A stretch of DNA of 64,000 bases from Malacoraja senta (lineage: Eukaryota). Below the pieces are notes generated by a model. That model was not told the DNA's origin. It ran no database searches and saw nothing but the letters and a program-made list of their open reading frames with translations. This document shows positions 50,591 to 62,790 of this stretch, in pieces. The stretch lies in NCBI GenBank assembly GCA_038087875.1, contig CM075997.1, positions 1,304,001 through 1,368,000 of the forward strand. The letters are read 5' to 3'. Each line of letters starts with the position of its first letter. Within the stretch, counting starts at the first letter, position 1. Both the position numbers and the translations under genes were made by a program.

Positions 50591-51754
50591 GGAATTGTAC
50601 AGCACGGAAACAGGCCATTCAGCCCACGCTGGCCAGTCCCATTTGTCTTCATTTGACCGCAGCCCTCTAAACGCTCCCTCTCCATGGTCGGAGAGCTTTC
50701 CTGCCACGCATTATGCCAAATTACCAAGAACACACTGTACCAAAGCAGTCGTGCTGTTTGATACTTGACTTTCTCAGCTTGTTTTGATTACATTTTATCT
50801 CATGAGCCATTTAAAAAAAAAAAAACAGAAGGCACAAGAAAACTGCTGATGCTGGAATCTTGAGCATAAACACAAAGTGCTGGAGTAAGTCAGCGGATCA
50901 GCAGCATCTCTGGAGGACATGGATAGGCGATGTTTTGGGTGGGGACACTATACTTTTGTTTAGAGATACAGCATGGAAACAGGCCTTTTGGCCCGCCTAG
51001 TCTGCGCAGACCATATGGTATCCCAGTTTTGCATCCTACGCACCAGGAGCAATTTACAGGGGCCAATTAACCTACAAATCGGCACGTCTTTGGAGTACCC
51101 CGAGCACCCAGAGGAAACCCACACGGTCACCCGGAGAACGTACAAACTCCGCATGGACGGCACCAGTTGTCAGGATCGAACCCGGGCCTCTGGCGCTACG
51201 CCACCGTGCCGCCCTTCTTCAGACTCAAGTTGGGTTCCCTATTTAACACGGTACTTACCGTAGTCTTTTCTGGGAACAGCAGTCTGCTGCAACAGTCTAC
51301 ACAAGCGTCCTGACCCGAAAAACATTGCCTCTCCCTGAACCCCCCCAGATGCTGCCTGACCCGCTGAGTTATTCCAGAACTTTGTGTTCACAAGATTCTA
51401 GCGTCTGCAGCTCTTTGTGGGTCTACTGAACCAAAACAGTGCTTATCAGAGCATTTGAGTGCAAAGCTAATTTTTAATAGTGACGGATTAGGCGTATTAA
51501 TTTAATTATCCTGTTTATTGCAGTCATAGCAGACTTTCCTAATTTGCATCACTTTCCATTTGTACAGACCAAGCATTGTTTCAAGCAGTTACTTGGATCG
51601 TTATCTAAATTTGCAGAAAGCGTGTGATCGCAAATCAGATTTATCAGCACCATTCATTGATGTATCGTCCACTATCTAACCTGGTTGCAAAGCAGGTCAT
51701 GACTGATCCTGAGCTGCAGAGGATTTTGGAAATTATGATACCTCCTTCCTTCTA

Positions 51755-52160
51755 TGAGGTTTAGAAGGATGAGGGGGGATCTTATCGAAACATATAAAAT
51801 TATAAAAGGACTGGACAAGCTAGATGCAGGAAAAATGTTCCCAATGTGGGGCGAGTCCAGAACCAGGGGCCACAGTCTTAGAATAAAGGGGAGGCCATTT
51901 AAGACTGAGGTGAGAAAAAACATTTTCACCCAGAGAGTTGTGAATTTATGGAATTCCCTGCCACAGAAGGCAGTGGAGGCCAAATCACTGGATGGATTTA
52001 AGAGAGAGTTAGATAGAGCTCTAGGGGCTAGTGGAATCAAGGGATATGGGGAGAAGGCAGGTACGGGTTATTGATAGGGGACGATCAGCCATGATCACAA
52101 TGAATGCCGGTGCTGGCTCGAAGGGCTGAATGGCCTCCTCCCTACACCTATTTTCTTTCT
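51755..52160 (+). mobile_element. CR1-clade LINE 3' fragment
   Basis: RRMRGDLIETYKIIKGLDKL...SRTRGHSLRIKG...FTQRVVNLWNSLP. Confidence 0.9.
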
Positions 52161-52980
52161 AAGAAATGTAGAATGATTTGTATCTTTCCTCTGCGCTGCA
52201 CCTTCCCCAGTCTAATAGAAAAGAAAAGGTCTTACCCCGAAAAAACTGCGATAAGTAACTCGTTAATTAGGAAGACCAATCCTGAGTCTGAAGAAGGGCG
52301 GTACGGTGGCGCAGCGGTAGAACTATTGACGTACAGCGCCATACATCTGGGGTTCGATCCTGACCACGGGTGCTGTCTGTGTGGAGTTTGTACATTCTCC
52401 CCGTGACCTGCCTGGGTTTTCTCCAAGATCCTCGAGCCTCAGAATAAAAGGACGTTCCTTTAGAAAGGAGATGAGGAGGAATTTCTTTAGTCAGGGGATG
52501 TTGAATCTGTGGAATTCATTGCCACAGAACACTGTGGAGGCCAAGTCAATGGATATTTTTAAGGCAGAGATAGATAGATTCTTGATTAGTAGGGGTGTCG
52601 GGGGTTATGGGGAGAAGGCAGTAGAATGGGGTTGGGAAGGAGGGATAGATTAGCCATGATTGAATGGCGGAGTAGACTTGATGGGCTGAATGGCCTAATT
52701 CTGCCCCAATGAGTTGTGAGTAAGAAGGAACTGCAGATGCTGGTTTAAACCGATCATAGACACAAAAAGGTGGAGTAACTCAGCGGGACAGGCAGCATCA
52801 CTGGAGAGAAGGAAAGGGTGATGTTAAGAAGGGTGTCGACCCGAAACGTCACCCCTTCTCTCCAGAGATTCTGCCTGAGTTACACCAGCTTTTTGTGTCT
52901 ATCCTATGACTTATGACATTGTCAACTTATGTCTCGAGTTATAGACTCTGAATTGTTATCAGATTCGATCAAGACAAAAG

Positions 52981-53345
52981 GAGCGAAGGAATAGGTGATG
53001 GTTCGGGTCGAGACCCTTCTTCAGACTGATGTGGGGGTGGGGGGGGGCGGGATGAAGAAAGGAAGAGGCGGAGACAGTAGGCTGTGGGAGAGCTGGGAAG
53101 GGGAGGGGAAGGAGGGAGAAAGCAAGACCCTCCCTTTCCCAGCTCTCCCACAGCCTACTGTCTCCGCCTCTGCCTTTCTTCATCCCGCCCACCCCCCCTC
53201 CCGCTCCACATCAGTCTGAAGAAGGGTCTGGACCCGAAACGTCATCTATTCCTTCGCTCCATAGATGCTGCCTCACCTGCTGAGTTTCTCCAGTATTTTT
53301 GTCTACCTTTGATTTTTCCAGCATCTGCAGTTCTTTCTTAAACAA
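52981..53345. mobile_element. Inverted pair of PLE terminal repeats with TSD
   Basis: ~130-bp arms forming a near-perfect palindrome centred ~53115; flanking direct repeat ATCAAGACAAAAG at both ends. Confidence 0.85.
53214..53245 (+). ncRNA. Minimal hammerhead motif in inverted PLE repeat
   Basis: GU CUGAAGA A GGGUCUGGACCC GAAAC GUC; core intact. Confidence 0.6.
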
Positions 53346-53789
53346 ATCAAGACAAAAGATCATTTTTAAAAATGCCATATCTTGTATTAAATTCTCTCAC
53401 TTCTGAACGTATGAACTAATTTCTCTGGGTCAGATTCCAGAGCAATGCAGACTATTCAATGTTACGTTTGTGACGGTGGCTACTTCCCATTGCTGTTTGC
53501 TGTAAGAATGCTGAGACGTGCATGGTGCCTGGCTGTAACGGGTGGATTCAGCTGTGGTTTTTTGGTTTCTATGTTGCACCAAACACGCAATCGGAAAATT
53601 TCACTTTAGCCAACATCCTTTAATGTGTGTTATGTGTTTGTCGTATGAGCAACTTCATTCATCACCTCAGCCAGCTCCTCTCCACAACTGCAGCTCATCT
53701 GCACTGCCTCTAGAAGTAGCCTGGACCTGGAGAAAGAAAGTGAAAATATACGACCATCTCATGTACCCACTGTCAAAAATCCTACCAAG

Positions 53790-54060
53790 TTAAGTCAAGT
53801 CACTTTTATTTATATAGCACATTTAAAAAACAACCCTCGTTGGCCAAAGTGCTTTACATTGGTATAAGAATAGTATAACAAACAACAGTGGTTCATAGAT
53901 TAAATACAAACATCACTACATACATATAGCCCTCGCTCAGAGGACGTCAAAAAAGGCTTGGGAGTAGAGATGAGTTTTAAGTCTCGACTTAAAGGAGTCG
54001 ATGGAGGGGGCAGTTCTGATGGGAAGGGGGATACTGTTGCACAGTCTCGGAGCTGCAACC
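53790..54060 (-). mobile_element. L2 LINE 3' fragment
   Basis: Reverse complement of the 29620/46346 family, including the (gactt)n tail. Confidence 0.8.
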
Positions 54061-54167
54061 AAACCTTATCTACCTCATCAGGGACCCCCGGACTATCTTT
54101 GATCGGACTTTACTGGCTTTACCTTGCTCTGAAAGCTGCTCCCTTACCCTGTATCTGTACACTGTTA

Positions 54168-54527
54168 AGGGCCTGTCCCACTTGCGCGATTGTTTCGGCG
54201 ACTTGCCGGCACCCGTCATAGTCGCAGCAGGTCGCCGAAAATTTTCAACATGTTGAAAATCCAGCGGCGACCAGAAAAAGGTACGACTCTTTGGGCGACT
54301 ACTCACGACCATACAGGCGTCAGACGCCTGTATGGTCATGAGTAGTCGCCCAAAGAATCGTACCTTTTTCTGACGCCTGTACGGTCGTGAGTAGTCGCCC
54401 AAAGAGTAGTACCTTTTTCTGGTCGCCGCTTGATTTTCAACACGTTGAAAATTTTCGGCCACCTGCTGCGACTATGACAGGTGCCGGCAAGACGCCGGAA
54501 AAAAATCGCGTAAGTGGGACAGGCCCT
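54168..54527. mobile_element. PIF/Harbinger-type MITE (almost fully palindromic)
   Basis: Same TIR AGGGCCTGTCCCAC; TTA duplication; different interior from 38256. Confidence 0.88.
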
Positions 54528-54948
54528 TTACACAATACTCGTAAATGTGTCCTCACCAACGTCTTATATAACTGCAGCATAACCTTTCGGTTCAGTGTAG
54601 TTTATTGTCACATGTACCACCGAGGTACAGTGAAAAACCTTTGTTGCGTGCTAACCAGTCAGCAGAAAAACAATACATGATTACAATCGAGCCATTCACA
54701 GTGTATAGATACATGATAAGGGAATAACATTTGGTGTATGGTAAAGCCAGAAGTCCAATCTAGGATAGTCTGAGGGCCACCAATGAGGTAGACAGAAGTT
54801 CAGCACTGCTATCTGGTTGTGGTAGGATGTGGTAGATTCAGTTGCCCGATAACAGCTGGGAAGAAACTGTCCATGAATCTGGAGGTGTGCGTTTTCACAC
54901 TTCTGTACCTTTCGCCTGATGGGAGCAACTTCTATACTCTGTCAATAC

Positions 54949-55340
54949 CAAAGATCCTATGGCGGAGCAAGATAGACCACTCCTGCTAAATGCAATGGGC
55001 TGACGTGTAGTACGCAACGAAACGGAATGTGGGCCTTTTTTTCATCCATTTCCGTAACCAGACCCGACCCGACTCGCAGTGTAATCAACGTTGCGGAGGA
55101 ACAGTTTGTGTTCATAAATTAAAATTCTGAAAATGAGAAGATTTTTACCAAATAACTTTTATTTTTACGAGGATGTTTCCGTAACCGGCTTCCGTCTCCG
55201 CACTATTATCCTATGGGATCTTTGGTGTGGAGACGGAAGCCAGTTACGGAAATGGGGCCGAAAATTACCCATGAATCTGCCCATGACCGTACTACGTCTC
55301 TTTCGTCGAGTGGACTATCTTGCTCGCTATAGGATCTTTG
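54949..55340. mobile_element. Non-autonomous DNA transposon with 8-bp TSD (P- or hAT-like)
   Basis: TIR CAAAGATCCTAT(GG/AG)CG..AGCAAGATAG; TSD GTCAATAC at 54941-54948 and 55341-55348. Confidence 0.85.
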
Positions 55341-55829
55341 GTCAATACTCTGACTGATGAAGGCCAATGTGCTGATAGCTAAGGCTTTCTGTTGTATTTC
55401 TGTTCAGATTTCCAGCACCTTCAGTGTTTTACCTTTATGACTGATGGACAATATGATGACGTTGTATAAGAAGCTACAACTGAACAATGTGGTCTTGTTT
55501 TGCCATGGCAGACAGAGAGTGCAGCTACAAAATAATGAACAATGGAGTAATTTTACATCCCCAAACCAGCTTTTCATCATTCTTAATGATTTATTTACAA
55601 TTTAAATAAGTTGCAAATGAGATTCTGCTTGTCATTGGCATGTGATGCAGCTGCACAGAGAGTTTTGTTAAAAGAAAATGACAATGGACAATTGCCACCA
55701 ATCCTCCCATAAAGAGTAAATGTTTCCATTTGCATTTGGACTCCTTACAAAAGACTACTGCCTTATAATTCTTCTGCTGTTCCTTGTCTCATTTAGTTTA
55801 GCGATACAGCGTGGAAACTGGCCCTTCAG

Positions 55830-56640
55830 AATAGAATAGAATAGAATAGAATGCCTTTTATTGTCATTCAAACAGCTTGGTTTGAACAAAATTGCATTTC
55901 TACAGTCTTAACATTACAAAAAAAACCAAGACCCACACTTAACACAATTTACACAAACATCCATCACAGTGAATCTCCAACACCTCCTCACTGTGATGGA
56001 AGGCAAAAGTCTTATCTCTTCCCTTTGTTCTTCTCCCGCGGTCCAACAGTCCAACTGCAGCGTCGAGGCGACTGGGGCTCCCGATGTTAAAGCCCCTGGC
56101 GGGCGATGGTAAGTCCCGCGGCCGTTAAGCCACGCGGGGCGATGTTAGGCCCGGCTCCATGTCATTTAAACCCTGCGATTCCGGCGGGAGAAGTTGCCAT
56201 TGCGGGAGCTCAGAAAAGCGGTCTCCCACCAGGGACCTGCGAGCTCCCGATGTTCCTGTCCACCAGGCCTGCGGCCGGAGTCTCCGAAGCTCCGAAGTCG
56301 GGTCGCAGCCGCGCGCCACCACAGATCTTCCCGTTCCGAAGACGGCCAGCTCCGCGATGTCAGATCCGCAGACTCCGCGACTGGAGCCCTCGGGTTGGTC
56401 CCGGCCGGAGGCCGCTGCTGGCTCCACGATGTTAGGCCCAACGACATCGGAGACCCGACAGGGAATATGTCGGGTCCCCGTACAGGGAAGAGATTAAACG
56501 GTTTTCCTCACCCCACCCCCCGCATACACACAGCTAAAAAACAATAAAAACTAGAATCAAAAATATACATTTAACGAGACAAAAATTAAAAAAAAGACAG
56601 ACTGACCGCAGTCGAGCCGCTGCCGTTAGGCGCCGCCACA
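55830..56640 (-). mobile_element. GC-rich non-autonomous retroelement with (ATTCT)n tail, family uncertain
   Basis: Minus strand ends AATAAAAGGC(ATTCT)n; splits a V-SINE tail between ggcccttcag and cccacc. Confidence 0.6.
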
Positions 56641-56857
56641 CTCAGCCCACCGGGTCCGCACCAACCAGCGATTCCCACACATTAACACAAGCCTACACAC
56701 ACCAAGGACAAGTTACGCTTATACCAAGTCAAACCCTAGCCAATGAACCTACAAACCTGTACGTCTTTGGAGTGTGGGAGGAAATCGAAGGTCTGTTATC
56801 AAGCAACTGGGCCATCCTACCACCAATTACAGAGCGGTCCTGACCTACCATCTACCT

Positions 56858-57007
56858 CAGGGGTGTCAAACTCATTTTAGGTCACGGGGAAAAATGTGGC
56901 TTCATACGACCCGGCACCGTGGACAGCTGCAGCCCACTCTAGCGTCGGGGAAATCATCCCGCGGGCTGGATCGGACCCCTTCGCGGGCCGCGAGTTTGAC
57001 ATCCCTG
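56858..57007. mobile_element. hAT (Charlie-like) MITE
   Basis: CAGGGGTGTCAAACTC / GAGTTTGACATCCCTG termini; degenerate 8-bp TSD atctacct/atcttcat. Confidence 0.75.
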
Positions 57008-58804
57008 ATCTTCATCATCGGACTATCTTCAATCAGACTTTACCCTGCACTAAACGCTATTCCCTTTATTCAGTATCTCCAGCACTTTGTGTGTGTTATT
57101 TTCAGATGTAAACATTCGATGGGCATTAATTACCATGAAAATGCAAGGGAAGGATTTTACAGTGAGAATGTAGAAGATGCTCGCTCAGGGAGTTTTTCCA
57201 AGTGAACAGTGCCATTGTTTATGTAGGACACTGGATAAACAAATGACGGGCAGTGGGACGGGAACAGAGTGGGGTATAATCACCTATGCACACCAGTTCA
57301 ACTGAACAAGATGTTGCATTTTTCTAATTATCTTTTGTCTTGCTTTAATCTTTGAACAATTCAGAGTCTATAACTGGAGACATAAGTTGACAACGTCATA
57401 AGGGCAGAATTAGGCCATTCAGCCCATCAAGTCTACCCCGCAACTCAATCTATCTTTCCCATTAAGCCCCCATTCTCCTGCCTTCTCCCCATAACCTTTG
57501 ACACCCTTACTAATCAAGAATCTGTAAAACTCTACTTTAAAAATGCCCAATGACTTGGCCTCCACAGTCGTCTTGTGGCAATGAATTCCACAGATTCACC
57601 ACCCTCTGACTGTTTGGCCCAAAGAGGCTCGTGTTGTGGCATCATTTTGGTGGCATTTGTCTTCTTAAGTCACGTTAAAACCCTGTAAAGCAGGCATTAT
57701 GATCGAGGTCCCAAATCTTTCTTGTGGGGATCTTTAATGCCGTCAAGAATGAATCGAGTGTTTCATTGTCATCTGTATCTGCAGCATAACAGGCCAGTTA
57801 ATGCAACAATACATATATAACATGATAATAATAATAATAATCAATGGATCAATTTAAGCAGAGACTCAAGGAACTGAAGACGTTGGTATCTTGAGAGCAA
57901 AGCACAGGGTGCTGGAGGAACTCAGTGGACAGGCAGCATCTATAGGGAACGTATAGGTGATGTTTCAGGTCAGGGCCCTTCAGACTGATGGATAAGGGGG
58001 GAGGAAGTTGGAAAAGAGTCGGGGCCAGATCAGACCCTAGCAAGTGGGGTCTCGACCCGAAACGTCACCTATTCCTTTTCTCCAGAGATGCTGCCTGGCC
58101 CGCTGAGTTACTCCAGCATTTTGGGTCTATCCTGGGCAAGTGATGGGTGGAAGATAGATGCAAAATGCTGGAGTAACTCAGCGGGGCAGGCAGCATCTTT
58201 GGAGAGAAGGAATGGGTGATGTTTCGGGTCGAGACCCTCCTTCCGACTTTCTCCAGCATTTAATGTCTATGTTCCCGATGTTGGGGGAGTCCAGAACTAG
58301 GGGTCACAGTTTAAGAATAAGGGGTAGACCATTTAGGACTGAGATGAGGAGAAACATTTTCACCCAGAGAGTTGTGGATCTGTGGAATTTTGGCAGGCGG
58401 GTGGTGTAAGTGACAACGGCTAATTAAAGAGTAACTAGCTGGTGCTGACAGACCAAAGCTCTGATCTTTATTGAAGCTACACTCAGCAGTGTGGAACCTG
58501 GAATACAATAAGGAGTGACTTTAATTGGAATCTAAGCTGACAACCCAAAGATTACATTCATCTTTCTCAGATCCTCAGGGACCTGTGTATTTTTAAGCGT
58601 TCCCTTTTTTATTTCACTCAACAGTTCCCAATAATAATAAATGCTGCCTGTCCCGCTGAGTTGAGATGCTACCTGACCGGCTGAGTCCCTCCAGCATTTT
58701 ATGCCTATCTTTGGTTAAAACCAGCATCTGCAGTTCCTTCCTACCCAATAATTTATAAACATTGGAATTCTGAAACTCTTACTCACAAGTTGTGATTGAT
58801 GTTA

Positions 58805-59255
58805 GAGTCATCCAGTGATACAGCGTGGAAACAGTGAGGCCCTTCGGCCCAACTTGCCCAAACAGGCCAACATGTTCCAGCTATACTAGTCCCACCTGCC
58901 CACGTTTGGCTCATATCCCTCCAAACCCATCCTATCCATGTACCTGTCCAACTGTTTCTTAAATGTTGGGATAGTCCCTGTCTCAACTACCTCCTCCGGC
59001 AGCTTGCTCCAAACACACACCACCCTTTGTGTGAAAAAGTTACCCCTCAGATTCCTATTAAATCTTTTCCGCTTCACCTGATGTCCTCTGGTCCTCGATT
59101 CACCTACTCTGGGCAAGAGACTGTGCATCTACCCGATCTATACCTCTCATGATTTAATACATCTCAACATGATCACCCCTCATCCTCCTTCGCTCCAAGG
59201 AATAAAGTCCCAGCATTCTCAACCTTTCCCTGTAGCTCAGACCCTCGAGTCGTGG
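58805..59255 (-). mobile_element. CR1-clade LINE 3' fragment
   Basis: ESRTRGHQVKRKRFNRNLRGNFFTQRVVCVWSKLPEEVVE. Confidence 0.85.
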
Positions 59256-59753
59256 CGATGTTAGGTCAGTAGTTAATTTTAAATCTGAGATTGCTAAGAT
59301 TTTTGTTGTTATGGGGTAAAGGGTCTTGAAGCTGGGTCAAGATCAGCTCTGATCACAGTGAATGGCAGGAAATGGTCAAAGGACTAAATGATTTCCTCTT
59401 TCAAACTCTGTGATCCAGACCTCCACAATACATAATAGTAGTTTGCAGGGAGTGCCCTTGAACTGTGATTCAATGTAAAGGAAACTGTGATAACTACTAA
59501 ATATTTATTCAACCTTCGGCAGCAGAATTGTTTGCTTAGGTATGACCCAATACTGTGTGATACTTGCCTTTCTCAGCTTGTTTTTATTCAACTTTGTATC
59601 ACGAGCCATTTCATTTTTAGGATAGTTTAGAGATACAGCACGGAAACAGGCCCTTCGGTCCAATGAGTCTGCACTGACCAGCGATCCCCGCACATCGACG
59701 CTCCCCCACACACAATTTTTAATTTTACCGAAGCCAATTAACCTACAAACCTG

Positions 59754-59902
59754 TTGAAGAAAGAACTGCAGATGCTGGTAAATCGAAGGTAGACACAAAA
59801 TGCTGGAGTAACTCAGCAGGTGAGGCAGCATCTATGGAGAGAAGGAATTGGCGACGGTGGAGTTGCTGCCTCACCAGCTGAGTTACTCCAGCATTTTGTG
59901 CC
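59754..59902. mobile_element. Inverted PLE terminal-repeat insertion inside a V-SINE
   Basis: TSD AACCTACAAACCTG at 59740-59753 and 59903-59916. Confidence 0.85.
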
Positions 59903-60425
59903 AACCTACAAACCTGCACGTCTTTGGAGTGTGGGAGCACACGGGAAAAACCCACGCAGGTCACGGGGAGAACGTACAAACTCCGTACAGACAGCACCCG
60001 TAGTCGGGATCGAACCTGGGTCTCTGACGCTGTAGGGCAGCAACTCCATCACCGTGCTGCCCTGATCTCTGCCAGGAAGTGTGCACCAGCAAACATAAGG
60101 ACCCTCATAGAACACAAAGCGCTCAAGTAACTTAGCGGGTCAGGCAGTGCCTCTGGAGGACATGGATGGGTGACGTTTCAGGTCGGGACCCTTCTTCAGA
60201 CATGCGTACATACACCGCCATCCATTCTCATTGGGACGTGATAAGCCTCAAAAATGAATTGTACTTGGAAGAAAAAGTTTAAATCACTTGTAGTTTTAAA
60301 ATTAAGTTCAATACCAACCAGAAGACTTTAATGTCTAGGAAAGAACTGCAGATGCTAGTTTACACCAAAGATAAACACAAAAGTAAGTTACCCCTGCATT
60401 TTGTGTTTATCAGAAGACTTTAGTC

Positions 60426-60763
60426 CAGGGGTCGGGCAACCTACGGCCCAAGGGCCGGATCAGGCTCGTGACCCGAAATCATCCGGCCCATTTCTGAGGA
60501 CTTCCATCATCTAGAATCCGAGAACAAGCGCAGACAGACAAACGGACAGACAGAGAGGGGTGAGGGTGGTTTCAATACCAGTGTCTCAAACTAACTGCTA
60601 TGTTCAGTAGACATAATATTGCTTAAATATATAAATATGTCAATGTTTAGTTAGTATGTATTATTAGTACCTCCATTTATTAACTATGGCGATAGATGTG
60701 GCCCGCCATACGCTCACAGACATGGGTCCTGGCCCCTATGCAGAACAAGGTTGCCGACCCCTG
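60426..60763. mobile_element. hAT (Charlie-like) MITE
   Basis: CAGGGGTCGGGCAACCT / AGGTTGCCGACCCCTG termini; perfect 8-bp TSD CTTTAGTC. Confidence 0.88.
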
Positions 60764-62096
60764 CTTTAGTCCTTGCTGTTGTATTAATTTTGAATATATG
60801 CCTCAGAAATAATTAGATGGTGACCTTATTGAGCTGATATTCAATATAAACAATGCCTCAAAAATATATTTGCCCAAAATTCTGTTTTTGAGCATATTTC
60901 CATTCAATGGTATTTATTAATCCAATAATGATTTTGTAAAGTAATAATATATAACTTTGGCAGCGGGCCAGTTTGCCCGCAGCTGATGGGGCTGAAATGT
61001 GATGTGTCTGTCGTGAAGTATACTTTCCAGACGCAGTACTGTACTGTTTTTGTTTACGAGGATTAAAATTATATATATTTTTTTAAAACACCAATCTTTT
61101 CAGCTCCGCAAAAGCCTCCCGCATCACGTGAACTTCGGCAGACAGTAAAGGTCAATGTTTGCAAAACCGTCATAGCTCAGACAGCTTAGAGCATCTTAAT
61201 CTGTAGAATAAACTGACACAGAACGAATATGGCTGGAAAACATTGCAAAATAGTTTTCCATTCCCAGAAGCCCTCTGGGTGGTGGTTCAGCGATCACAGG
61301 CCAAATCACTGCATCACACACTATCAGTTGTCTCATAACGTACGTTACAGATGTTTTGGAAAAATATCCGACTGTTCCTTCTCATATATCCTCAGACACC
61401 ACCGGGCTGGTCCTATTTGCCTCCATTTGGCCCATGTCACTTGATCTCAAGACGTCTGAAGAAGGGTGCCGACCCGAAATGTCACCTATTTAGTTTACGT
61501 CACCCATTCCTTCTCTGCAGAAATGCTGCCTGTCCCGCTGAGTTACTCCAGCATTTTGTGTCTACCTTTAACCTACATACCTCTACATCTTTGGTGTGTG
61601 GGAGGAAAGCGAAGATCTCAGAGAAAACTCCCGGGGAGAACGTGCAAACTCCATACAGAAAAGCAGCCATAGTCGGGATCGAACCGGGGTCTCCGATGCT
61701 GCAAGCGCTGTAAGGCAGCAACTCTACCGCTGCGCCACCGTGCCGCCCAATTCCGTTTCTCCAGAGATGCTGCCTGACCCGCTGAGTTACTCCAGCATTT
61801 TGTGCCATTCTTGGTATTTCATAAAGGTGCATTCGTTCACCGAAAGCACCATGACCCCATCACCAATACTAGCTAGATAGACAACCACAACGCTCGTATG
61901 TTATTGAAACAGCTAGCCCGTGGTTAGTTATTCACTACAGTCGAGGTGGTGGTCAGTTTTGCGTTTGTTTGGATGTTCAGATTTAACTGTTACTTCAGAC
62001 CTTTTAAAAGTGAAAACATGATCATTTTCTCTGTAGCCCAAATTTTACCCGGATTTAACTCCACAGTAATAAAGTAATACTTTTCTCTATGATCTC

Positions 62097-62408
62097 GGGC
62101 AGCACGGTAGCGCAGCGGCAGAGTTGCTGCCTTACAGAGCTTACAGCGTCAGAGACCCGGGTTCGATCCTGACTACGGGTGCTGTGTGTACAGAGTTTGT
62201 ACATTCTCCCTGTGACCTGCGTGGGTTTTCTCAGAGAACTTCGGTTTTCTCCCACACTCCAAAGACGTACAGGTTTGTAGGTTAATTGACTTGATATAAA
62301 TGTAAAAATTGTCCCGAGTGTAGGATAGTGTTAATGTGCGGGGATCGATGGTCGATGCGGACTCGGTGAGCCGAAGGGCCTGTTTCCGCGCGGTATCTCT
62401 AAACTAAA
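62097..62408 (+). mobile_element. V-SINE (HE1-like)
   Basis: Full structure. Confidence 0.85.
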
Positions 62409-62760
62409 AATATCTCATTGAATACTGACTCATTTACTATTTGCTCTGAGAAAGGAGGATATAGTTCCCTCGAAACTCCCAAGGTTAAAGTCCAATTCAT
62501 CAAGGCAAGTTCTTTTCTTCAGCTTATTTACATTTGTGTGAACACTAAGATGTGTATTCAACATTTTCAATTCAGAAAGTGTTTTATTTAAACCTTTGTT
62601 GACTGCTTCTACCAAAGTGATCTTTTAAAACGTGTAGGAAGGAACTGCAGATGCTGGCTTACACCGACGATGGACAGAATTCTGGAGTAACTCAGCTGGA
62701 CAGGCAGCATCTCTGGAGAGAAGGAACGGGTGACATTTCGGGTCGAGACCCTTCTTCAGA

Positions 62761-62790
62761 CTGAAGAAGGGTCTCGACCCGAAACGTCAC
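62761..62790 (+). ncRNA. Minimal hammerhead motif in inverted PLE repeat
   Basis: CUGAAGA A GGGUCUCGACCC GAAAC GUC AC; core intact, back-to-back with a degenerate minus-strand copy. Confidence 0.55.

Noticed and set aside
55350..55380. CTGATGA as another hammerhead core
   Set aside because: No stem II plus GAAA follows; looks like antisense CR1 sequence.
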